Assembly (NCBI GenBank): GCA_964016885.1
Contig: OZ024749.1
Span: 5,642,001-5,706,000, forward strand
Direction: 5' to 3'
Length of the DNA: 64,000 nt
Source: Eledone cirrhosa
Lineage: Eukaryota
Shown here: piece after piece, positions 27,861 through 41,100 of the stretch
Layout: each line of letters starts with the position of its first letter
Numbering within the stretch: position 1 is the first letter of the stretch
Notes under the pieces: model-generated
Databases searched by the model: none
The model's input: the letters and a program-made list of their open reading frames with translations, nothing else
Told to the model about the DNA's origin: nothing
Program-made: the position numbers and the translations under genes

Positions 27861-28379
27861 TTAATTGTAAGTTGTGATGTTGCTGTTCCACTCATATTTT
27901 CTATTTAATTTTGGTTTTAATTCTTTTATGCTTACTGCCTCTGTAATTTGCCTAAACATTGCGTCTTTCTTGTGTGTGGATTCTATTTTTATTTCTATGC
28001 TCACTAATTTACCCCTGTGTTCTATCTTAGCATGTTGGTAGAGCACAGATGATTCTTTATTATCTTGGAGGTCTCGCCAGTGTTCATTTATTCGTTCCCC
28101 TATACTACGAGCTGTCTCACCTATGTACACTACATTTTTGTTTCTACATTGTCCTTCAGTACATCTTATGCTATATACTACATTTCTAGTTTTACAGTTA
28201 ATATGGGGGCTTATTTTACAGGTTATACATTTCTTATCTATACATGAGGGTCTTTGGAACGGGTATGTCTTGCTAATAAGTGTTTTTACGGAGGTACCAG
28301 GTCTTTCTACTATCTTAATATTGAGATTATGTTTCTTTAGGGCCCTTCTAAATTTGTAGGCTAGTTCGCCTCTAGGGGT
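27861..28379 (-). pseudogene. PLE C-terminal ORF fragment: Cys-rich linker plus GIY-YIG endonuclease (about 172 codons open, 5'-truncated)
   Basis: TPRGELA...IKIVERPGTSVK...PFQRPSCIDKKCITCK...NCKTRNVVYSIRCTEGQC...VYIGETARSIGERINEH...HAKIEH...RQITEAVSI..LKPKLN. Confidence 0.85.
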
Positions 28380-28390
28380 TGTATTGATGA

Positions 28391-28910
28391 ACCCCTGGAG
28401 GCGAACTAGCCTACAAATTTAGAAGGGCCCTAAAGAAACATAATCTCAATATTAAGATAGTAGAAAGACCTGGTACCTCCGTAAAAACACTTATTAGCAA
28501 GACATACCCGTTCCAAAGACCCTCATGTATAGATAAGAAATGTATAACCTGTAAAATAAGCCCCCATATTAACTGTAAAACTAGAAATGTAGTATATAGC
28601 ATAAGATGTACTGAAGGACAATGTAGAAACAAAAATGTAGTGTACATAGGTGAGACAGCTCGTAGTATTAGGGGAACGAATAAATGAACACTGGCGAGAC
28701 CTCCAAGATAATAAAGAATCATCTGTGCTCTACCAACATGCTAAGATAGAACACAGGGGTAAATTAGAGAGCATAGAAATAAAAATAGAATCCACACACA
28801 AGAAAGACGCAATGTTTAGGCAAATTACAGAGGCAGTAAGCATAAAAGAATTAAAACCAAAATTAAATAGAAAATATGAGTGGAACAGCAACATCACAAC
28901 TTACAATTAA
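28391..28910 (+). pseudogene. Mirror copy of the PLE GIY-YIG fragment, frameshifted
   Basis: Same sequence with an extra T near 28669 (GTATTAGGGG vs GTATAGGGG). Confidence 0.85.
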
Positions 28911-29235
28911 GGACAAAATGAAAACACACACACACATAGAACAAACAACTTACAATTGAAAACACACACAAAATGAAAACACACACAAGACAAAATGAAA
29001 ACACACACAAGACAAAATGAAAACACACACACACATAGAACAAACAACCAACCAACAATAAATAAATAAATAAACAAACAAATAGAAAAATATAAATAGA
29101 AAAATAGAAAAATGAACACAAACACACAGACACCCGGATGTGGCGCATGCGCAAACTGAGCACGCAACCCACACACAAACAAAATGGCGTAGGATAGAAG
29201 AAAGGAAAGGCACAGAAACGAAGAAAGAAATCCCC

Positions 29236-29280
29236 AGTCACTGAAGAGGTCACAGATTGTGTGACGAAAGAACTATGACT
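29236..29280 (+). ncRNA. Minimal type I hammerhead ribozyme in the PLE terminal repeat (mirror copy 27513-27557, minus strand)
   Basis: AGTCA-CTGAAGA-g-GTCACA gattg TGTGAC-GAAA-GAAC-TA-TGACT. Confidence 0.75.
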
Positions 29281-29499
29281 ATATATATATAAACAACCAT
29301 CTGGTTGTGGAACCAACCAACCAACCAGAAATTTATAAATTTGTAAATTTATAAATATTTAATAAATTAAATTGAAGTGAAAGCAACTGGTGCGTGTGTT
29401 TCTTATTGGCAACATGACCCTCCCAAAGTATAACAATATCGGTTTCAACACACGATTTCAGATAAAGAATCTTGCTAAACAAATTCAGAAACGAAATAT

Positions 29500-29978
29500 A
29501 TGTATATAGTTAAAAGAATAAAGGTGTAACACACAAGTTATTATATATTGGTAAACGGAATAGAAAATGCTGACAAATTGTTCACAGTGAAAAATAGTTT
29601 AATTAGGAATAAATGAGAATTAGTAATTGTATTGGTTAGTATTCAGTTTTGGTTTTAAGTTTTACCGGTTGCGCATTTCTAAATGCTTTTCAAAAATAAT
29701 TTTGAGATAGAGCGTCCGTGATGTTTGCTCTGTTCTAAATGCTTTTCAAAAATAATTTTGAGATAGAGCGTCCGTGATGTTTGCTCTGATCAGAGCAAAC
29801 ATCACGGACGCTCTATCTCAAAATTATTTTTGAAAAGCATTTAGAAATGCGCAACCGGTAAAACTTAAAACCAAAACTGAATACTAACCAATACAATTAC
29901 TAATTCTCATTTATTCCTAATTAAACTATTTTTCACTGTGAACAATGTCACCATTTTCTATTCCGTTTACCAATATAT
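29500..29978. mobile_element. PLE-type foldback with no spacer and an internal 56-bp tandem duplication
   Basis: Centre GCTCTGATCAGAGC at 29783-29796; arms 29542-29789 / 29790-29978; degenerate U3:A8 hammerhead TTGAAAA-GCATTT..AAATGC-GCAA-CCGG-TA. Confidence 0.7.
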
Positions 29979-30391
29979 ATATATATATATATATATATAA
30001 TAATAATATATGTGAAGACTAAAATCCGAAGAGGGCTCGATAAGGATTATATATATAGAGATATATAAAGATCCCGTTAAGGGTGAAAGCAGCGATTCTT
30101 TGCTTAAACTTTAATCTGCTCTTATATATATATATATATATATATAAACGTGCTTATTAAAATGTGCGTTTTAGCAGGTGAATGCATTTGTCTTCTTAGC
30201 TTTGATACTAACATATGTTAGTTCATTTGAATTACTTTGCACGGGCTTATTTACATTTATATAATGTAAGACAGCTTACTGATGCTTACTGGTCGAATTG
30301 TCTTAATTTACAGATTAACCTTTTTAATTATGGTAAGTATTTTTCTTATCTTCCGAAACAGCAATGTAAGCTTATAACTGGATATACTAAT

Positions 30392-30577
30392 AATTGTTTC
30401 TACTTTAGGCACAAGGCCAGCAATTACCCACTACATTACTGGTACTTTATTTTATCGACCCCGTAAGGATGAAAGGCAAAGTTAACCTCGACGGGATTTG
30501 AACTCAAACCGTTAAGGGACGTAACTATGCTAGAAAGCAGTGCGTCCAACCCTCTACTGATACTGCCAATTCACCAA
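30392..30577 (-). mobile_element. SINE family A
   Basis: Near full-length reverse copy. Confidence 0.9.
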
Positions 30578-31333
30578 GCAGACCTGCCAATCTCTAAAAA
30601 CACAAACGTGGACTAACATGAATAAAAAGGCCCCAAACCGGGATGAAATAAGGCAAAACGTGGAGAATTTACATAATGAAAGCTATAGCCATTTTCACAA
30701 GAGAAGACATCTCTCACCCACTCGAAATTAGGTGAGAAATCTACCCGTCGGACGGAGAGTTGAGAGGTATAAGTATAATATTGTGTAAAAATGACAAGAT
30801 GACTCTACTCATCCTGTCTTTCCCACGCCTACCTTTTCTGCTTCATCTCTATTAGTTTGGACCAGTTGCCTTTAAGTCCGAGTAGATAGCAGTACGACAA
30901 TCGTTACTGCAAGATGTAGCGACGTTATCTTGAACTATGGACGTTACACTATTTCTAATGAAGAGCAATATTTTATGTAATGCTTGCGATTGAGCATAAT
31001 ATGCAATTAGCGCTCGTAGACTGATATTGTATCGAAACATATGTTAAAGAACGGACTCTAAATACATCTTTCACCTCTAACCTTTACTTCTTGCCTAGTC
31101 GTTTGTTTTTCCTAGTACTATACCTTTAAATGTATAATTACTCTGTGATATTCCACTTAGATATTGTACATGGAACTCTCAAATTAGACTGTTACCGTAC
31201 CTCCTGCAATGACCATCTCGAGAAAAAATACTTTGGTAAGTAATCTTCCTTATATACTTTGTTTTCACATTGATTCACACAAACAAATTTTAACCTGGCA
31301 CATCTTCGTATATATAAATATACACACACATAC

Positions 31334-31388
<55 letters not shown>

Positions 31389-31448
31389 AGTCGCGAAGTA
31401 AATAACTCATGTGACCGCTTGCATATCAACTGATATTTACATCTGTTG

Positions 31449-31521
31449 ATTTTACCTGAAGAGAATATTTTGACTGATGTTATAGAAAAGCCATACATCT
31501 TCGAAATTCGTATAATAAAAT
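31449..31521 (+). ncRNA. Degenerate hammerhead motif in a PLE terminal fragment next to (TA)n
   Basis: ATTTTAC-CTGAAGA-GAATAT...ATCTTC-GAAA-TTCGTA-TA-ATAAAAT. Confidence 0.45.
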
Positions 31522-32538
31522 AAATAGGGATGGACTAACGTAACCGTCTTGTTTTATTATTATTATTATATCATATATATCAGAACGGGGGCGGTAAAAA
31601 CTAGTTAGACGATTACTCACCAGAGTACTCGATACTTAGAGTAGTAGAGTGGGTAATATGGAAAAATTCGGGGCCCAGACGGCTGAGCTTCGGCCGTTTC
31701 AACAAGTCGTGTTGAAATGGCAGGAGCTCAGCCGTCGGGGTCCCGAATTTTTCATTTATATATTTATAAGAACAGTTAACAAAGGAAAATAATACAGGGG
31801 AACACAATGCAATGATGCCGTATTAGTTTAACTCTTGAAATAATTGGGAAAGAGACGTAACTTTTTAGGCGCTGGTCCTTCATCGAAGATAGGATGAGAG
31901 TTAGAAAAAAGAAATTTGAGAAGAAAGATAAAGAAATATGGAGATGATGGAGAGCAGAAATTGAAAACTGGTAAGAGGGATGATTATGAAATAAAGCATG
32001 TATTAATGTTAGTCAGACATCGTATACATAATCTGATTATTCTATATGAAGGAGTGGCTGATCCAATTTAGGGAGATATGACATCCTAAAATAATTGAGT
32101 CTTCTCTGGTCTCTACATTTCATTTTTTTTTCTTCCTATGATCATTATTTTCTATCAAACACAGAGAATTAAGGACTGCGTTACGTCATATGTCAATCTT
32201 GTACGTAAGTATATATGTATGTGTGAAGGGATGCATGTTTGTGTGTGAGTGAGTATGCATAAGTATGTAGGTCTGTGTATGGTTGTGTGTATATATCTGT
32301 GTAAGTACGTATGTGTGTGTGTATATCTAACTATGTATATGTACACAAGAGTGGTGTGTGTATATAAATCTATCTATCTATGTATATATCTCTGTGTGTG
32401 TGTGCTTGAGTGGTGTGTGTGTGTATATATATCTATCTATGTATATATCTATGTGTGTACGTACGTGTGTGTGTGTGTGTGTGCTTGAGTGGTGTGTGTG
32501 TATATATATATATCTATGTATATATCTATGTGTGTACG

Positions 32539-32595
<57 letters not shown>

Positions 32596-33765
32596 TATCT
32601 AACTAACTATATGTATATAAGTATGGAGCGTCCGTGTCCGTGTGAAGTACGTGTGTGTGTGTGCGTGAGTGGTGTGTGTATATATATCTATGTATATATC
32701 TATGTATATATCTATGTGTGTACGTACGTACGTACGTACGTGCGTGCGTGCGTGCGCGTGTGCGTGTGTATCTAACTAACTATATGTATATAAGTGTGGA
32801 GCGTCCGTGTCCGTGCACGCGTGTGTGCGTGTGTGCGTGTGTGCGTCCGTGTGTATATAACATTGACAAGAGAGGAACCTTCAGCCATGCATCGCATCAC
32901 AGCTCCTCTTAACAATGTCAGAATGGAAGACATTTATTGTCATATACTAATAAGTCAGTCACTGTAGAAGAGGAAACGATGATGTCATATAGGACAACCG
33001 ATTGACTGGTGCTGGTGTGTGTGTGCGTGCGCACGCAGTGTGTGTGTGTTTGAATGTCTGAGTGTATGTAAATGCGCAGTGTGTGTATGTGTGAATGTGT
33101 GTGCATCATATGCGCAGTGTGCGTATTTATGTGAATGTGTGCGTGCAGTATGCGCGTCTGCGTGTGCGCAGTGTGTACAAGCGTGCGTGTGTTCTTGTGC
33201 GTGCGTGCGTGCGTGCCTGTGTGTGTTCTTGTGCGTGTGTGTGTGTGTTCTTGTGCGTGTGTGCGTGTGTATGTTATTGTGCGTGTGTGTGTATGGTATT
33301 GTGCGTGCGTGCGTATGTTCTTGTGCGTGCGTGCGTGCGTGCGTGCGTATGTTCTTGCGTGCGTGTTATCTTGCATGCGTGTGTGTGTATGTTCTTGTGC
33401 GTGTGTGTGTATGTTCTTGTGCGTGCGTGTGTGTGTGTGTATGTTCTTGTGCGTGCGTGCGTATGTTCTTGTATGTGCGTGCGTGTGGTCTTGCGTGCGT
33501 GTGTTCTTGTGCGTGCGTGTGTTCTTCTGCGTGCGTGTGCTCTTCTGCGTGTTTGAGGCGAGCTCAAAGGGAAAAAGAAAAAAAAAATGTATGAATCTGA
33601 ATCAATAATCTTCCAGAAACCTAAACTCACAAATAATTATTTCCATTTTCCAAGCCTGACTAAAACCAATATTCGTTCGCTCTGGTTGATCGAGACGATC
33701 CCAGACCTCATTCGCTTGTTGTGTGGGGAGGGACTCGTCAAGACGCACCAACTCCTGACAGAAAG

Positions 33766-33887
33766 AGCAACGTGAAATAAAGTGTCTTCTTTGTTCAAAG
33801 GACACAACACATTACACTGTCCGAGAATTGAACTCGAAACCTCACCATTGCGAACCCAACTCTAACGACTAAACCACACGTCTTCAC
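33766..33887 (-). mobile_element. SINE family B, 5' part
   Basis: Reverse complement of 15102-15222 (GAGCAACGTGAAATAAAGTGTCTT...CCACACGTCTTCAC). Confidence 0.75.
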
Positions 33888-34141
33888 AAAACTAATGTAA
33901 GTATTACAGATTGAGTAAAGTGCAAAAGAAGGGAATAAAATATCGATACCCTATGGTAAGGGGAATACATGTGCTAGTTAATCAGTTTTTTTACCACCAA
34001 GTCACCATGAAAACTGATCCAATCAAAGAGAAGCTGATGTACCGACGTCTCATCGATCAAAAGGAGGGAACTGTACAATTAAGGGGCTCACTAAATCTCA
34101 TATGTCAAGGGTTATTATATCTGAGTGTATAGGTGTGTATG

Positions 34142-34175
<34 letters not shown>

Positions 34176-34308
34176 TGTATATGTATATGTATATATATAT
34201 ATATATACACACACACATGTATTATATATATATATATATACACTTTATATTCATTTATATATGTGTGTGTATAATATATATGTATTATACATATATTGTA
34301 CATATATG

Positions 34309-34349
<41 letters not shown>

Positions 34350-34483
34350 CACATGTATTATATATATATATATATACACTTTATATTCATTTATATATGA
34401 ATGTGTATAATATATATGTATTGTACATATATTGTACATATATGTATTATATATATATATATATAGTGTGTGTGTGTAATACT

Positions 34484-34543
<60 letters not shown>

Positions 34544-34967
34544 TGGTGTGTGTGTGTGTATGTGTGAGTGGTGTGTGTGAGTGGTGTATGTATGTGTGTG
34601 TGTGTATGTATGTATGTGAGTGGTGTATGTATGTATGTGTGTGTGTGGTGTATGTATGTATGTGTGTGAGTGGTGTATGTATGTATGTGTGTGAGTGGTG
34701 TATGTATGTGTGTGTGAGTGGTGTATGTATGTATGTATGTGTGTGTGAGTGGTGTATGTATGTATGTATGTGTGTGTGTGAGGCGTGTATGTATGTATGT
34801 ATGTATGTGTGTCTTCACATCTCATTAGGAAGTGACTATCTTTTCTCCATGAAACTTCAGAGAAAACCTTTGACGCTTCAGTTGACTTTTGAGTCATGGA
34901 ATGTGAAATGAGTCAGTAATCAATATATGACAATGGGGCTGGTATTGCTACTGCAGATATAATATAG

Positions 34968-36245
34968 AATTGTTTCTACTATTGGCACAAGGCCAGCAAG
35001 TACCCAGTGCATTACTGGTACTTTATTTTATCGACCCCCCGTAAGGATGAAAGGTAAAGTTAACCTCGACGGGATTTGAACTCAGACCGTAAAGGGACGT
35101 AACTCTATGCTGGAAAGCACGGCGTCCGCCCCTCTACCGATACTGCCAATTCACCGCCCTTACAAATATAATAATTGTTTCTACTATTGGCACAAGGCCA
35201 GCCATTGCCCAGTGTATTACTGGTACTTTATTTTATCGACCCCCGTAAAGATGAAAGGCAAAGTTAACCTCGGCGGGATTTGAACTCAGAATGACAAGGG
35301 TCGTAACTCAATGCGTCAAAGCATGGCGTCCGACCCTCTACCGATACTGCCAATCCAAATATAATAATAATGACCGTTTCTGGTTTAGGCACAAGGACAG
35401 CAATTTGAGGGAGGTGAAAGTCAATTAAATTAACACCCAGTACATTACTGGTACTTTATTTTATCAAGGCTTACTTCAGCGGGATTTGAACTCAGAACAT
35501 AAAATAACGTAACTATGCGGCGAAGCATGGTGTCCGACGCTCTACTGATTCTGCCAATCCACCTCTCAATGATAATAATTGTTTCTACATTTGGCACAAG
35601 GCCAGCAACTACCCAGTACATTACTGGTACTTCATTTTATCGACCCCGTAAGGATGAAAGGCAAAATTGACCTCGAATGATAATAATGAATTCTGATTTA
35701 GGCACGAGGCTAACAATTTGGAGGAGTGAAAGGTCGGTTAAATCGACTCCAGTGCGTTACTGGTAATTACTTTTTCGATCCTTGAAAGGCATAACAGACC
35801 TCGGTGGAAATGTAAACGGATGTAACTATGCTGCAAAGCATATTGCCCGACGCTCTACGGATACTTCAAATTCACTGCCTTCAAATTAAATTCTCGTTTC
35901 TCATTTAGCCACAAAGCCAACAATTTTTTGTGAGGGGAAAACATCGATTAAATCACTCCAGTGCGTTACTGGTACTTTGTTTTATCGACCCAGTAAGGAT
36001 GAAAGGCAAAGTTAGCCTCGGCGGGATTTGAAATAATAATTGTTTCTACTATTGGCACAAGGCCAGCAATTACCCAGTACATTACTGGTGCTTTATTTTA
36101 TCGACCCCTTAAGGATGAAAGGCAAAGTTGACCGTTTCTAAATTGAAGCACAAGGTCAACAATATGCGAGAGTAGTACAGGACTGGTACCTTATTTTATC
36201 AGCCTCTGTGGAATAAACGGCAAAGTCTATCTAGGCAAATTTAGA
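34968..36245 (-). mobile_element. Stack of about 8 co-oriented SINE family A copies
   Basis: Copies start near 34968, 35174, 35375, 35578, 35690, 35895, 36040 and 36135, each with GCACAAGG...ACTGGTAC. Confidence 0.9.
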
Positions 36246-36944
36246 ATTAATTGAGAAAAATAAAAGTAGACGTTGGAAAGTATTGAACAAAAAGAAAGGC
36301 CGGCAAGATTAAAACAAAATGAGGCACCATAGGAGAGTCACGAGATCTGGTTTTATATTTAATTCCAAACGTTAGCACCCTCTCCCATCATCCTCTCCTC
36401 ATCACCAATCTTATGTGGTTTGTTCGATTCACTCAGGTAGTTCTGTCCTTTTTCCTCCTTCACGATTATCTTAACCGACTTATTCCACTATTATTTATAG
36501 TTCCCCAGCAATGTAGAGTATTTTCACAATTTTCTTTTAATAACTAAAGAAAACAACCAATATATATGTGTTTATGTATGTATATAACCAATACATACAC
36601 ACGTACGTGCGTGCGTGCGTGTGTGTATATATATACTTTTCCCCGCCGCTCTCTCTCTTCCTCCCTCTAATTTCTATTATATCCTTCATCCTTTCAACCT
36701 CGTTCTCCCTTCACTATTACTTACTAATGTATTGTTACTTCCACTTCCAACTCGCCACTTTCACCATGGCTTCCATCACTCATATTTGGTAGGTACTACG
36801 CCTGATTTCTTCATCCTTGTCTACTACATTCCTTTGACGAAAGTTTTAATTTCTCTCTTTTTCCAGTGTTTTCCTATTGTACATTCTACAGTGTAGTTTG
36901 TCTCAATTCAGTCACAAATATGTTGTTTATTTATTTCTAATCAT

Positions 36945-37320
36945 AAGACACTGACCAAGAAACTAGAATCCAAGCTTGATTGAACTTATACAAGGATGCT
37001 GAGGGCTATTCTTAATATCTCATCGACACAGCATCCTATGAAAGAACTGATCTGGGGCCCCATCACTAATCTATCTGTAATATTGCGGGCATGAAGAATG
37101 CGATTTGCATGACACTGCTGGTGACCAAAGCAGGAGCTTGTTGGTGATCTTTTGCTCAGGGCACCTGGCCACGGTGAGAGGTTGACCGGCTTTAACTTAC
37201 ATCAACCAACTATGTAGAGACATAGAATGCTCCCCTAATGACCTCCCAACATTGATGCTTTGTCGTGATGGATGGCGTCCTAGGCCCATGAATGTTCGAA
37301 CAGGCTCGACCAGATGATTT
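36945..37320 (+). mobile_element. 3' fragment of an RTE-clade LINE, multiple stops
   Basis: TLTKKLESKLD*TYTRMLRAILNIS...RMRFA*HCW...TYINQLCRD...MLCRDGWR. Confidence 0.8.
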
Positions 37321-38188
37321 GTTTCTGGTTGAAACAACGCCGGTAATTTTTCTGACCACTCTTTGTTATGCTGTTTCATAAGCACCTTACCAACAAACTA
37401 ATTCTCCAGTCTGTTGCGCAAACTGGTATTAGATATGCAACCCCATCTTTATGCGCGAAATTACACTCCGGAAGGTGGTTGAAAATGTTTAGATACGCTG
37501 TTATTTGTTCGTTTTAGTAACCATTTCTCCTCTGTTCATTTTCTGCCTATACTCTATGTAGTATATAAGGAAATTATATTTTTCACTTAAAGTATCAAAA
37601 TATTGTTATCAAATCAAGAAAAAGAAACGAAAAATGGAAACAGGGCGAGACGACGGGAGGGTGTTTTTCGTAAAAACTAATTCGGTAAATTCTAAGACAC
37701 GAAAAAAGAAAAGGAAAAGAAGAAAAAAAAAGCACGGCTGTACACGATACGAGATTGCTTTGTCAAGGTGAAAGACGCCAACATCATGCTGTAATAGAAA
37801 GACAAGCTGTTTATCTTGGCTATCAATCTCTCACTCATACAACAGTGTATCTAAAGAGATAAGGTATTATCTATTTTTATCAAGCTCAGAAAGCCAGAAG
37901 AGAGCAAAACGATGAAAGAGAGAGAGAGGGGGAATTCTGGCTCTCACAATTATAAGAAAGGAAAATGCCTTTTGATCTGTCGGGTGTCTGAAACGACTTC
38001 TTAAACAAGGAAATGTTTAGTGCTAACGTTAGTCGGTGTCGTCCTCAACCTCCTCCTCCTCCTATTTATGCTTCTCATCATCATCATCATCATCATCGCT
38101 ACCATCACCATACACTCACAGTATTGTTGTTTTACAACACATATTTCACAAAAGAAATGTTGTTGATAAGACCTATTATACGTCGTCG

Positions 38189-41100
38189 TTTGTTGGTGAT
38201 AGTAATAGTAGGTGTGGTAGTAACGATGGTAGTGTTGGTTGTAGTAGTGGTACTGGTGGTAGTTTGTTGGTGATAGTAATAGTAGGTGTGGTAGTAACGA
38301 TGGTAGTGTTGGTTGTAGTAGTGGTACTGGTGGTAGTTTGTTGGTGATAGTAATAGTAGGTGTGGTAGTAACGATGGTAGGGTTGGTTGTAGTAGTGGTA
38401 CTGGTGGTAGTTTGTTGGTGATAGTAATAGTAGGTGTGGTAGTAACGATGGTAGGGTTGGTTGTAGTAGTGGTACTGGTGGTAGTTTGTTGGTGATAGTA
38501 ATAGTAGGTGTGGTAGTAACGATGGTAGGGTTGGTTGTAGTAGTGGTACTGGTGGTAGTTTGTTGGTGATAGTAATAGTAGGTGTGGTAGTAACGATGGT
38601 AGTGTTGGTTGTAGTAGTGGTACTGGTGGTAGTTTGTTGGTGATAGTAATAGTAGGTGTGGTAGTAACGATGGTAGGGTTGGTTGTAGTAGTGGTACTGG
38701 TGGTAGTTTGTTGGTGATAGTAATAGTAGGTGTGGTAGTAACGATGGTAGGGTTGGTTGTAGTAGTGGTACTGGTGGTAGTTTGTTGGTGATAGTAATAG
38801 TAGGTGTGGTAGTAACGATGGTAGGGTTGGTTGTAGTAGTAGTACTGGTGGTAGTTTGTTGGTGATAGTAATAGTAGGTGTGGTAGTAACGATGGTAGTG
38901 TTGGTTGTAGTAGTGGTACTGGTGGTAGTTTGTTGGTGATAGTAATAGTAGGTGTGGTAGTAACGATGGTAGTGTTGGTTGTAGTAGTGGTACTGGTGGT
39001 AGTTTGTTGGTGATAGTAATAGTAGGTGTGGTAGTAACGATGGTAGTGTTGGTTGTAGTAGTGGTACTGGTGGTAGTTTGTTGGTGATAGTAATAGTAGG
39101 TGTGGTAGTAACGATGGTAGTGTTGATTGTAGTAGTGGTACTGGTGGTAGTTTGTTGGTGATAGTAATAGTAGGTGTGGTAGTAACGATGGTAGTGTTGG
39201 TTGTAGTAGTGGTACTGGTGGTAGTTTGTTGGTGATAGTAATAGTAGGTGTGGTAGTAACGATGGTAGGGTTGGTTGTAGTAGTGGTACTGGTGGTAGTT
39301 TGTTGGTGATAGTAATAGTAGGTGTGGTAGTAACGATGGTAGTGTTGGTTGTAGTAGTGGTACTGGTGGTAGTTTGTTGGTGATAGTAATAGTAGGTGTG
39401 GTAGTAACGATGGTAGTGTTGGTTGTAGTAGTGGTACTGGTGGTAGTTTGTTGGTGATAGTAATAGTAGGTGTGGTAGTAACGATGGTAGTGTTGATTGT
39501 AGTAGTGGTACTGGTGGTAGTTTGTTGGTGATAGTAATAGTAGGTGTGGTAGTAACGATGGTAGTGTTGGTTGTAGTAGTGGTACTGGTGGTAGTTTGTT
39601 GGTGATAGTAATAGTAGGTGTGGTAGTAACGATGGTAGGGTTGGTTGTAGTAGTGGTACTGGTGGTAGTTTGTTGGTGATAGTAATAGTAGGTGTGGTAG
39701 TAACGATGGTAGGGTTGGTTGTAGTAGTGGTACTGGTGGTAGTTTGTTGGTGATAGTAATAGTAGGTGTGGTAGTAACGATGGTAGTGTTGGTTGTAGTA
39801 GTGGTACTGGTGGTAGTTTGTTGGTGATAGTAATAGTAGGTGTGGTAGTAACGATGGTAGTGTTGGTTGTAGTAGTGGTACTGGTGGTAGTTTGTTGGTG
39901 ATAGTAATAGTAGGTGTGGTAGTAACGATGGTAGTGTTGGTTGTAGTAGTGGTACTGGTGGTAGTTTGTTGGTGATAGTAATAGTAGGTGTGGTAGTAAC
40001 GATGGTAGTGTTGGTTGTAGTAGTGGTACTGGTGGTAGTTTGTTGGTGATAGTAATAGTAGGTGTGGTAGTAACGATGGTAGTGTTGGTTGTAGTAGTGG
40101 TACTGGTGGTAGTTTGTTGGTGATAGTAATAGTAGGTGTGGTAGTAACGATGGTAGTGTTGGTTGTAGTAGTGGTACTGGTGGTAGTTTGTTGGTGATAG
40201 TAATAGTAGGTGTGGTAGTAACGATGGTAGTGTTGGTTGTAGTAGTGGTACTGGTGGTAGTTTGTTGGTGATAGTAATAGTAGGTGTGGTAGTAACGATG
40301 GTAGTGTTGGTTGTAGTAGTGGTACTGGTGGTAGTTTGTTGGTGATAGTAATAGTAGGTGTGGTAGTAACGATGGTAGTGTTGGTTGTAGTAGTGGTACT
40401 GGTGGTAGTTTGTTGGTGATAGTAATAGTAGGTGTGGTAGTAACGATGGTAGGGTTGGTTGTAGTAGTGGTACTGGTGGTAGTTTGTTGGTGATAGTAAT
40501 AGTAGGTGTGGTAGTAACGATGGTAGGGTTGGTTGTAGTAGTGGTACTGGTGGTAGTTTGTTGGTGATAGTAATAGTAGGTGTGGTAGTAACGATGGTAG
40601 GGTTGGTTGTAGTAGTGGTACTGGTGGTAGTTTGTTGGTGATAGTAATAGTAGGTGTGGTAGTAACGATGGTAGTGTTGGTTGTAGTAGTGGTACTGGTG
40701 GTAGTTTGTTGGTGATAGTAATAGTAGGTGTGGTAGTAACGATGGTAGGGTTGGTTGTAGTAGTGGTACTGGTGGTAGTTTGTTGGTGATAGTAATAGTA
40801 GGTGTGGTAGTAACGATGGTAGTGTTGGTTGTAGTAGTAGTACTGGTGGTAGTTTGTTGGTGATAGTAATAGTAGGTGTGGTAGTAACGATGGTAGGGTT
40901 GGTTGTAGTAGTGGTACTGGTGGTAGTTTGTTGGTGATAGTAATAGTAGGTGTGGTAGTAACGATGGTAGGGTTGGTTGTAGTAGTGGTACTGGTGGTAG
41001 TTTGTTGGTGATAGTAATAGTAGGTGTGGTAGTAACGATGGTAGGGTTGGTTGTAGTAGTGGTACTGGTGGTAGTTTGTTGGTGATAGTAATAGTAGGTG

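Larger units (their letters stand above)
27354..29495. mobile_element. Penelope-like element (Neptune-type) as a 2.1-kb near-perfect palindrome
   Basis: Arms 27354-28380 and 28390-29439 are reverse complements with a 9-bp loop; unpaired tail to about 29495; encodes GIY-YIG and carries hammerheads. Confidence 0.9.
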
